This document shows positions 49,704 through 58,611 of a stretch of 64,000 nucleotides of DNA, in pieces. The stretch lies in NCBI GenBank assembly GCA_043228905.1, contig JBHGNT010000011.1:15190001-15254000 (forward strand). The letters run 5' to 3'. Source of the stretch: Azolla caroliniana (taxonomy: Eukaryota > Plantae > Polypodiophyta). The notes under the pieces were generated by a model. That model saw only the letters and a list, made by a program, of their open reading frames with translations. It ran no database searches and was not told the origin of the DNA. Positions within the stretch are counted from its first letter, which is position 1; each line of letters starts with the position of its first letter. The position numbers and the translations under genes were made by a program.

Positions 49704-51223
49704 AGACATACATCTTGGCTTATCATGACATTCATCTTGGCGAACCAGGAATCGAACCCATAACCTCTTGGTTTACATATTATACTTTAACCATTGTAAT
49801 AACATATGTGAGATGTAATCATAATAATTATATGTTTAGTTATTACGAGATATTTAGAACATTCTAGATTATTCTAGAATGTTCTTGAATATTTCATGAT
49901 TATATTTATTATTATTATTATTCATAAATATCTAAAATATTCTAGAACATTCTAGAATACTCCATAAGGGCCTATAAATAAGAGTCCATACACTCATCAC
50001 AACTCATTCGGTTCAACACCAGTCTTTAGCCCTTAGCCTACTCCTTGTAATCTTCTTTCTCATAATATAATCGCATTCCCATTTCTTATCTCTCACTTAT
50101 ACTTTTCTCTCTCTCGCACTCTCTCCCTCTTTCACTCTCTTTCTATCACTATCGCTATCTCTACCGCTCTCGCCATCTCTATCGTTATCGTTATCTCTAT
50201 CGCCATCGCTCTCTCTCTCTGCTTCCTACTCAAGAGTCACGACAATTATAATAGATTCCGAATATATAATCCCTTTCACATTCTGGTCTTTAACTCCTTT
50301 GCCGGTCGGGTAACACATGGCACGCCCGTGGGACAGTACCTTGTACGTTGTAGAGATATTACGCAAGTGCGTGTGGAATAGAGGCGGGACCGCGGGGGTC
50401 TCGAACCAAAGAGCAAGCGAGGGAGGAGAAAGAGAGAGAACCGGCTACGCAGGACCGGGGATACACAGGGACACGGCCCTTTAGCACGGAGAACGCGAAC
50501 AGACACCGACACAGACGGATGCGAATGACTAAATATGTGTATTAACAAAAAAAATGGCTAACACGACTACAACCCCCGATGGGGCACAGGTTGGTTGCAA
50601 CCGAACAGGCCGGCGAACAGATGCCGATGCCTGTTCGCTTCGACGCACAAACGGGGAAATGGGGGGGGGGTAGCAGGTCGGAGGTGCTGCCGGAAGCACT
50701 CGGGCGTTCCTCGAAACAGCGCGAGCCTCCCCGGAACCCTGCACAGAAAGCTTTGGAGCTCAAGAAGGAAGGAAACAGAGAGAGCGAAGCGTCCAGAAAC
50801 GGTCCGACAGCACTTCGTCCTCTCCGCGCCAGATCCCTGCAACAGCTCTTTCCCGCTCCTTATATAGGCCGACGAACAGGCCGTCGTGTCAGCTTTATTC
50901 CCTGTCCCTTTTGGACAGGGATCCGCTCCGTTTTTCACGGATCCGCGTAGTTACGCCGCCGACTCGTACAGTTCGCGCGCGCGACCGAAAAGACTGTTCG
51001 CGCGGTCTTTGTCTCCACTTGAGTTAGGGCCCGTTCCTGCCGATTATCCTCTCAATTCGTTTCTATGTACAACTCGGAGCGTGCGCGCGTGAAGAACCGG
51101 TTCCCACGCCTTGGTGCGCCGATTCCGCCTATGGACGGTTTTCTTCACGACATCCGCCCCCACCTAACCGCGCATCCTCCGGTATGCGCCAAGAGAGTTG
51201 GGACGGAGAAAACCGGCCCGTCT

Positions 51224-54200
51224 TCATTCCTCGCCCGTCGGTTCTTCTTCATTTTCGGATCGTTCGTCACTGCCGACCAGGAGAGCCGGGTCTGGCTCGT
51301 CGTCGTGTCGCTTCTTGAACGCTTTGATCCGCTTCCCTGCAACCGGTATCGCCATCCTCGTGCCGTCAAGTTCCGCCAGGTGATATGTCCCGTTGTCATT
51401 GGCGCTCCGTACCACGTAAGGCCCGAACCACCTTCGTGCGAACTTCCGTGTGGCTCGGTGCTGGTTGTCGAGGCTGCTGTCGTAGACGAGCACCCAGTCA
51501 CCTTCTTCGATTTTCTTCGGTCGTAGCCGGTGCGTTCGGTCGAACCGGGCTTTGTTCTTTGTCCTCGCCACCCGGAGCTTCTCCGTAGCCAGTGCCACGT
51601 CCTCCGGCCTCCGCTCGAGCTGTCGTATACGTGCGACCAACAACTCCTCCCGGCTCATCTCGTCCCTCCAGTCGACCGTTGCCCACGAGGAGATCGTCCG
51701 TTCAATCGGCATGATCGGCGTCTGGCCGAACATGAGCTCCGTCGGCATGTACCCGGTTACCGAACTGTGCGTGGTCCGGTCTGCCCACAAAGCATAAGGT
51801 AGCAGCCGCGGCCAGTCACCGGCTCGGCCTCCGCATGCCCGAACCAACGCCTTGACGATCGGTCCGTGTCCGCGCTCCACCTTTCCATTCGCCTCCGGAT
51901 TGTACGCAGTGGTGAGCGAGAGCTGGACTCCCAGCCGGTCGAACAGCTCCGCGGCTTCTTCGGCGTCCAACTCCCCTCGGTCAGCCACGATCTTCCCGAC
52001 GCACCCGTACCGGCATATCACGTCCTCGATTAGGAACCGGCATACGGCCGCGGTCGTTTTGTTTGGAAGGGCCCGGCCTTCCACTTGGTTCGTCAGATCC
52101 TCCCGCGCTAGGACCAGGTACCGCATCTGTCCTACCCCCATTGGCATCGTCACCAGATCTACCATCCATTTGAAGTGGATGGTCGGAGGGTACGTGGGGT
52201 GAAGCTCGTCCCGATGTCGGACTATGGAGTGCATCTGACAGCTCCCGCAAGTTGTCACGAACCGATGCACGTCCCGGTACTGCCCCGGCCACCAATACTT
52301 CCCCTTTAGTTTCTCAAACGTAGCCCATGTTCCACGGTGTCCAGCCCAAGGGCTGTCGTGGTAGGCCGTCAGCAGTTCCTCCTGTTCTTCCTTCATCGCC
52401 ACCACTCGGAGCGGGACGCCGTCCCTCTTCTTCGGGTGTTTCCATAGATGCCCATCTCGGAGAAAGAATCGATATGCTTTCTTCCGGATCCGGTTGGCCT
52501 CGTCCTTCGTCCATGACGCATCGGGCGTCATCGTCTTCAAAAACCCGCCGATCTGCAGCCATTCCCCGTCGTACTTGCTCGCGTCGAACTCGTTAAGCGC
52601 CGGAGTGCTCACCCCGTCGGTCGTTATGTATGCCGCCTCGAAGAAATCCACGCCGACTTCTTCGTCTTCCGAAACCATGCCGCCCTCGTCGTCGAACCTC
52701 GCCCTCGAAAGCATGTCGGCCATGGCGTTGTCTTTCCCGGAAATGTGTCGTATTTCCGGGTCCAGGGACTTGATGTACGCTATCCACCTGAGCATCGCCA
52801 GGTCCGGAGTCGCGCATCCGGAAACCATACCGAGAATCGGCAGGCAATCCGTCTCGATGATCACTTCCGTCCCTATCAGGTAGTCTTTGTCGGCCTTAAC
52901 CGCCGAAACAATACCCCAGAGTTCGCGTTTAACCTGGGCGTATCCTCGCTGCCGTTCACTGAGGACTTTCGCGCCGAATCGGATCGGAAACCGATTGCCG
53001 TCCTCGTCTTCCTGGTTCACGACCCATCCGATCCCGGTCGGACTGGTATCCACCGTTATGAATACCGGGGTACCCTTCCCGTAAACCGCCTTCCGGAGTG
53101 CCGGTGCCGCTGCAAGGGCCTCTTTCAGCTTCCGGACCGATTCCGCGTGCTTGTCTAGCCATTCGAACCTTCGCCCCTTTTTCAGCAACCCGTACAGTGG
53201 CTCCGCGACGTGTGCGTAATGCGGGATCCATATGTGGTAGAACGCGCATGCCCCCAGGAATCTCCGTACTTCCGTGACCGAGCTGCAGTCGGGCTTCATC
53301 GCGGAGATGGCTTCTACCTTCGCCGGAGACGGTTTCCGGCCATATGGTCCGCACAGGTGTCCGACCACCATGATTTCTGACTGCCCGAAGGCCGACTTCT
53401 CCCCGGAGAAGGTGAGTCTCGCATCCTCTAGCCTTTGCAGCACCTTCTCGCAGTCGTCGACGTGCGTCGCCACGAATCGCCGGCATCCGTCCGGCCCGAT
53501 CGTCTCGTCCTTTTCTTCCACCGGGCATCCCTTGATCGGGATGTCGTCCAGAAACGGCATGGTAATGTCCGGGACACAGTCCCTCAGAACCTTGTTCATC
53601 GCATTCACCATGTGGGCCACCGAGTTGGTCCCTCCTTGCGGCAGTGTACACATCCGAACTAGGCCGAGGGGAGTTCGCATCGTCGTAAGGTCTCTGCTCT
53701 CCACGGCCAGCTGGAACTGGTCGTACCCTGAGTATAGATCCCCGACCGAGTAAATTGACCTTCCGGCGAAGGCCTCCGCGAACTCGTCTATGGTCGGTCC
53801 GATTCCTGCGTTCCGAATGGTCACTCGATTGACCGGCTGCAGGTCCTGGATGAAGCGCAGCGAACCGTTTTTCTTCGGTACGGTAAACCATCGATTCGAA
53901 TATGGGGCGCTCGACGGCTCGAGAATTCCCATATCAACTTTCTGCCTCAGCAGCTCCATCAACTTCGGGATGTGAGCTCTCGGAACCGGGATTGGCTTGA
54001 GATTCCATGGTACATGCGGTACCGTGAATATCACCATCGGCTCCACGATCGTCGGGTCAACGCACCCGATTTCCTCCGGCGAGAATGCGAAGGCTTTCCC
54101 GTGCCTTCCGAGCATTCTCCGAAACCGGTCTTCCTCCGCCGGCAGTAGGAACCCGCCCCCACCGATTTTGAGCTCTCGGAGCGTCTCGTCAGTGAAGGTG

Positions 54201-54721
54201 TGCCCTATGCAGGCCGGATCTCGTAGACTAGGGTCTGATGCAACCCCTTTGATTCTCGACGCGCTGTCCTCCGGTAAGGGTGCCGCTACTGGCCTTACCT
54301 TCCGGTCCACAGTCTTGTACTTGGTGTTTACGTGGGCCGTCCGAACTGACTCGAGCCCTCGACCGAAGTCCGCGATGACTTCGTACATCTCCTCGGAACA
54401 CACCGGTATCGTCCGGTCGTCGTTAAGGCCTTCTTCGACTACCTTTCCCAGCATTCCCAAGGTGTCGTCGAATGAGACCGCCTCCACGGCTCCGTTGATT
54501 TCCTCGTCCGGGCCGAGAACTCCGCACGCTCGAAGTCTCGCCTCCGTCTTTGTTTTCTCTCGGCCGGCGATGCCGACCATCGCACACGCTCCGTTGTCGG
54601 AGAACAAAAATTCCCTACCTATGGTACAAGGTTTCTTCGGTTTTATCGTACAGGTGTGGGGTTTTCCGGGGGTGTCCGGACTGTCGCGGCCCCACGCCTT
54701 GGCAGCCCTCTCTAAAAATCC
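51224..54721 (-). CDS. pol: TrpGy-3 ORF2: RT-RNase H-integrase, probably reached by -1 frameshift
   Basis: LPQGGTNS, FLDD, ITVDTS, ETDC, YHDSPWAGH...CGSC, VADRGE, WFGPY; no chromodomain; frame open from GGATTTT at 54715-21. Confidence 0.93.
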   Translation of the reverse strand, partial: GFLERAAKAWGRDSPDTPGKPHTCTIKPKKPCTIGREFLFSDNGACAMVGIAGREKTKTEARLRACGVLGPDEEINGAVEAVSFDDTLGMLGKVVEEGLNDDRTIPVCSEEMYEVIADFGRGLESVRTAHVNTKYKTVDRKVRPVAAPLPEDSASRIKGVASDPSLRDPACIGHTFTDETLRELKIGGGGFLLPAEEDRFRRMLGRHGKAFAFSPEEIGCVDPTIVEPMVIFTVPHVPWNLKPIPVPRAHIPKLMELLRQKVDMGILEPSSAPYSNRWFTVPKKNGSLRFIQDLQPVNRVTIRNAGIGPTIDEFAEAFAGRSIYSVGDLYSGYDQFQLAVESRDLTTMRTPLGLVRMCTLPQGGTNSVAHMVNAMNKVLRDCVPDITMPFLDDIPIKGCPVEEKDETIGPDGCRRFVATHVDDCEKVLQRLEDARLTFSGEKSAFGQSEIMVVGHLCGPYGRKPSPAKVEAISAMKPDCSSVTEVRRFLGACAFYHIWIPHYAHVAEPLYGLLKKGRRFEWLDKHAESVRKLKEALAAAPALRKAVYGKGTPVFITVDTSPTGIGWVVNQEDEDGNRFPIRFGAKVLSERQRGYAQVKRELWGIVSAVKADKDYLIGTEVIIETDCLPILGMVSGCATPDLAMLRWIAYIKSLDPEIRHISGKDNAMADMLSRARFDDEGGMVSEDEEVGVDFFEAAYITTDGVSTPALNEFDASKYDGEWLQIGGFLKTMTPDASWTKDEANRIRKKAYRFFLRDGHLWKHPKKRDGVPLRVVAMKEEQEELLTAYHDSPWAGHRGTWATFEKLKGKYWWPGQYRDVHRFVTTCGSCQMHSIVRHRDELHPTYPPTIHFKWMVDLVTMPMGVGQMRYLVLAREDLTNQVEGRALPNKTTAAVCRFLIEDVICRYGCVGKIVADRGELDAEEAAELFDRLGVQLSLTTAYNPEANGKVERGHGPIVKALVRACGGRAGDWPRLLPYALWADRTTHSSVTGYMPTELMFGQTPIMPIERTISSWATVDWRDEMSREELLVARIRQLERRPEDVALATEKLRVARTKNKARFDRTHRLRPKKIEEGDWVLVYDSSLDNQHRATRKFARRWFGPYVVRSANDNGTYHLAELDGTRMAIPVAGKRIKAFKKRHDDEPDPALLVGSDERSENEEEPTGEE

Positions 54722-56838
54722 TCTCGGTTATCGGAACCGAGGGAGTCGCGGTTACGCTCGTGGTTCGGCCTAACCGTCAAAAACTGGACCGAATGGCGGC
54801 CGTCCTGGCTCTTGACCCGCGCATAGGCCGAACCATTGTCCAGCACCTTGGTCTCCATTCGCGCCGCCGTGATGTACGGCTCTCCCAGTATGACCGGATG
54901 CGAAGACGTCTCCTGCACGAAGAAGTGCTGGTCAATCTCGACGTCGCCGATCTTGACTCGCACATTCGGACAGGCCCCGTGCAGTTCCTCGGTGGCGCGC
55001 GTTGCTGCCCTTATTTTCCACCCGTGCTTGGTGTTGATCGGCCATTTGCCCTTCTTATAGAAGTCCATGGACATCAAATTGATCTCCGATCCGTGGTCCA
55101 CCAAAGCTATCACCGGTTCCTGGACATCGCCGATCTTCACCGGGGTTTCCGTGGTCGCTCGGGCCCAGTGCGGTCTCGAATAGTGGCTTTCCGCCCACTC
55201 GTCTCCCAGCGCCATGTCGTCTAGGTGCGTCGTCCGCACTTCCACCGGTCTTTCCGGTTCTGTCTCCGTTGACAGCCTCTTCCGTTTCACCAAGTCCACG
55301 ATGGAGTCGTGGAACTCCTTCTTGGCGATTCCAAGCACCTCCCGTAGCGACAGCTCCACCTTGCTGTCGAGGATCCGTTCCTCCAGGACCTTTCGTAAGT
55401 CCGTGGTTCTTTCTATCTCCGTCCCCAGACGGTACCCGCCCTTCTGGGGTTTATCTTGCGTACCGGCCCTGCCGGCTTCGTCCCGTCGTGGCCCGGACCG
55501 GGTCTCGTATCGTTGTGAGGGCCCGGTCGTCCCGGGTTTTCCCACCCGCTTCTCTTCTACCAGAGCCTCGTAGTTCCGGCAAGCGGCTTCCACGAAGCCC
55601 GTCCTTTCCTCGACCGGGTCGCTCCACCCGGTCATCTCCCGTACCCGTTTCTCCGCACGGTCCGATTCCTCCCTTTTAAGCCCTGCACCGGCAAGGCCTT
55701 CCAGCATCGTCGGCCAGAATCCGGCTTTGCTTTCCTTTCGGGCCTCGCCGCCCCCGACTCGAATGCCGGCCGACGCCGAGTAGTGGACGGTTTCCGCGTG
55801 TCGGGCCGCCGCCTCTTCCATCAACCTTTTCATACCACCCTTTCCGTCGTTTCGGCTCAGGGCCCTTCGGGTGTCGCTGGCATGCACCCGTCCTTCCCAC
55901 AGGTACACCACCCGGTCCCTCAGCGCCTCCGCGAAGTCGCCGCAGTCCTTCCGAACGTGGCCGACTTCATCGCACCACATGCACCTGTTTCCTGCCGCCG
56001 GCCGTCGGTCACGAGCCGGTTCGCCTCCTTCCCTTCGGGCCTGCGCGATTTGGAGGTCCTTTATCGCCTTCGTCAATTCCTCCAGCGCCGCTCCTCCGGT
56101 TGAGCCTCTGACCACGCCGGTCGAAGCCGAACCGGTTTCCAACCACTCCCGGGTCTCTTCCTTGCGCACCTGTGGCGCTGGTTCGAGCTTCCTTGCTGCG
56201 ACCGAGCCCGACCCAGTCGCCCCGTTGTCCGCCCATTCTCGCCGTTTGTCGAAACGGCCACAGACCTTCCTGACAGCCGCCCAGTCGGTAGTGAGCCCGT
56301 CTTCGGTTTCCAGCAAGAGGCCCACTTGCTCCCGATCCCGCTCGTCGACCGACTTGACAAACAGCAAGACCCGGCTCGTGTCCAGGATGGTTCGGTCGAG
56401 CGCCGAAAGGCGCGCAAAGTTTTCCTCGAACTCCCGGAGGAGTGCCGACGCGTTTCTTCCCTTCCCCGGGGACTCCACCCATTCCATGAACCTTCGCTTC
56501 GAAAGCCGGAGCGCGTCGTCCAGCCCGTATTTCTCTAGGAGCCGACCTTCGAACTCCTCCCAGGTACGGCTCTCCGCCCGCACCTCGAGCACCTCCGCAT
56601 GGATGCTCGGCATTGCCACTCGGGGAAAACCGGCAAGACGCCTTTCTTCCGGAATGTCCCGCATCAACATTTCTGCACCGTAGGACGCCAGATACTTCGT
56701 GGCATCCCTCCCATCGAACCGGCCGATCGTGCCGACGACCGCCTCAATAGCTCTGTCGAGGGCACCGGTACCCTCGCGCGCGTTTACGATCCGATCCACG
56801 GCCGAAGCCATGGCCTCTGCGAGATCCGACCCCCTCAT
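54712..56838 (-). CDS. TrpGy-3 ORF1: Gag-protease
   Basis: First ATG 56838 (MRGSDL...); CMWCDEVGHVRKDC knuckle; ALVDHGSEINL and VILGEPY protease motifs. Confidence 0.9.
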   Translation of the reverse strand: MRGSDLAEAMASAVDRIVNAREGTGALDRAIEAVVGTIGRFDGRDATKYLASYGAEMLMRDIPEERRLAGFPRVAMPSIHAEVLEVRAESRTWEEFEGRLLEKYGLDDALRLSKRRFMEWVESPGKGRNASALLREFEENFARLSALDRTILDTSRVLLFVKSVDERDREQVGLLLETEDGLTTDWAAVRKVCGRFDKRREWADNGATGSGSVAARKLEPAPQVRKEETREWLETGSASTGVVRGSTGGAALEELTKAIKDLQIAQARREGGEPARDRRPAAGNRCMWCDEVGHVRKDCGDFAEALRDRVVYLWEGRVHASDTRRALSRNDGKGGMKRLMEEAAARHAETVHYSASAGIRVGGGEARKESKAGFWPTMLEGLAGAGLKREESDRAEKRVREMTGWSDPVEERTGFVEAACRNYEALVEEKRVGKPGTTGPSQRYETRSGPRRDEAGRAGTQDKPQKGGYRLGTEIERTTDLRKVLEERILDSKVELSLREVLGIAKKEFHDSIVDLVKRKRLSTETEPERPVEVRTTHLDDMALGDEWAESHYSRPHWARATTETPVKIGDVQEPVIALVDHGSEINLMSMDFYKKGKWPINTKHGWKIRAATRATEELHGACPNVRVKIGDVEIDQHFFVQETSSHPVILGEPYITAARMETKVLDNGSAYARVKSQDGRHSVQFLTVRPNHERNRDSLGSDNREDF

Positions 56839-57710
56839 CTTCTGCTCTTCTGCCGCCTCTTTCACGTCGGGTTCACCAAAGATGTAGAGATATTACGCAA
56901 GTGCGTGTGGAATAGAGGCGGGACCGCGGGGGTCTCGAACCAAAGAGCAAGCGAGGGAGGAGAAAGAGAGAGAACCGGCTACGCAGGACCGGGGATACAC
57001 AGGGACACGGCCCTTTAGCACGGAGAACGCGAACAGACACCGACACAGACGGATGCGAATGACTAAATATGTGTATTAACAAAAAAAATGGCTAACACGA
57101 CTACAACCCCCGATGGGGCACAGGTTGGTTGCAACCGAACAGGCCGGCGAACAGATGCCGATGCCTGTTCGCTTCGACGCACAAACGGGGAAATGGGGGG
57201 GGGGTAGCAGGTCGGAGGTGCTGCCGGAAGCACTCGGGCGTTCCTCGAAACAGCGCGAGCCTCCCCGGAACCCTGCACAGAAAGCTTTGGAGCTCAAGAA
57301 GGAAGGAAACAGAGAGAGCGAAGCGTCCAGAAACGGTCCGACAGCACTTCGTCCTCTCCGCGCCAGATCCCTGCAACAGCTCTTTCCCGCTCCTTATATA
57401 GGCCGACGAACAGGCCGTCGTGTCAGCTTTATTCCCTGTCCCTTTTGGACAGGGATCCGCTCCGTTTTTCACGGATCCGCGTAGTTACGCCGCCGACTCG
57501 TACAGTTCGCGCGCGCGACCGAAAAGACTGTTCGCGCGGTCTTTGTCTCCACTTGAGTTAGGGCCCGTTCCTGCCGATTATCCTCTCAATTCGTTTCTAT
57601 GTACAACTCGGAGCGTGCGCGCGTGAAGAACCGGTTCCCACGCCTTGGTGCGCCGATTCCGCCTATGGACGGTTTTCTTCACGACAACGTCGAATCCCAC
57701 TATCCGGCCC

Positions 57711-58611
57711 TTAGCCTTCGTCCAAGATATCCAAAATACTCTGCTCCAGGGTGTCCAATCGTTCTTCGGGAATCTGTTGTTGTTGTTGTTGTGGTTGTGG
57801 TTGTTGTTGCTATTGTGGTTGTTGATGTTGTGGCTGCTGTTGTTGTGGTTGTTGCTGTTGTGGTTGTGGTTGTGGTGGTTGTTGCTCCGACTCCGGCTCC
57901 TCCGACTGTTGCTCCTTGGATGGCGTTTGTTCGGCTCCCAATACCGACAGTTGTGGCGGTGATTCCTCCGTCAGCTGCTCTTCCGGATTTGACTCCGGTT
58001 GACTCGCCCCAGCCTTGTCCCCCTCGGGTCCTTGCTCCGGCGATGGCTCCTCATCATTGAGGTTGACGGTCGCCGCCTTCCTTGCTTCTTCTTGACGTAG
58101 CCTAGTCCGCTCATAGCTTTCAAACTGGATTTGAGCATCCAGTCGATCATCGTCCAGTTGTGCTACCAATTGCCGGATCACCGCTGACTGTTCCTCCGCC
58201 AGAGTTACAAAGTCTTCTGCTAACTCATCTCGTACGGCGGTGAAGTCCTCCTTTGTTAGCATGTAGCAGTCGTCGCCATCCTTTTGCCGGTTTTCCACGT
58301 CCGCCCTTAGCAACTAGAGCTCGGTTGTGTGCTTTGCCCATTTGTCCCACCATTGCGCGGAGCTTTCATCAATCAAGCGTTTTGTCTTGTTCCTCCATGC
58401 CTGGACAATGAACTGGATCCACTCAAGTCCCATCTTTGATTTGTCCTCCGCGGCTTGTCGTTCTTCCTTCAATTGCTTGATCAGTGTCACTGTGTCCGCC
58501 TCCTGCTCCCGATAATGTGACAATTGGTTTTGGTAGGTGTTCTGCAACCTCTACAATACCATTGTCGCTCTTTCCTTTTCTTCATAATGTTTCTTATGGA
58601 GCTCCATACGT
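57711..58611 (-). pseudogene. Coiled-coil/acidic/polyQ ORF inside element X (three in-frame TAGs; 5' part displaced by TrpGy-4)
   Basis: ORFs 58314..58547 and 57810..58313 are contiguous in one frame, which continues to ...QQQIPEERLDTLEQSILDILDEG* (TAA 57711-13). Confidence 0.65.
57775..57885. repeat. Imperfect (TTG/TGG)n trinucleotide tract encoding Q/P on the minus strand
   Basis: Direct reading of the sequence. Confidence 0.9.

Larger units (their letters stand above)
44310..50244 (+). mobile_element. Chromo-3: intact, recent Tcn1/Tf1-like chromovirus
   Basis: 549-bp LTRs 44310-44858 and 49696-50244 (one mismatch seen); TSD ATTAT; PPT GAAAAGGGGGGATAA; open gag and pol. Confidence 0.98.
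20932..50315. mobile_element. Element X LTR (~443 bp when reassembled from 20932-20947 + 43949-44309 + 50250-50315)
   Basis: After removing nested elements via TSDs AGGGC, AAAAG and ATTAT the pieces join into TGTTA...TAACA, followed by PBS-like TGGCACGCCCGTGGGAC (50318-34); interrupts Chromo-1 gag at 20931. Confidence 0.65.
50349..57686 (-). mobile_element. TrpGy-3: intact, very recent tRNA-Trp-primed gypsy element
   Basis: 804-bp LTRs 50349-51152 and 56883-57686 with no difference seen; 4-bp TSD ACGT; PBS 56861-78; PPT next to 51153; two open ORFs. Confidence 0.98.

Noticed and set aside
56861-56878. tRNA-Trp gene fragment
   Set aside because: It is the primer-binding site, adjacent to the LTR in three copies.
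57599-58060. Poly-Val/poly-Leu ORFs suggesting a transmembrane env protein
   Set aside because: They are the opposite-strand reading of the Q/P trinucleotide tract and begin inside the TrpGy-3 LTR.
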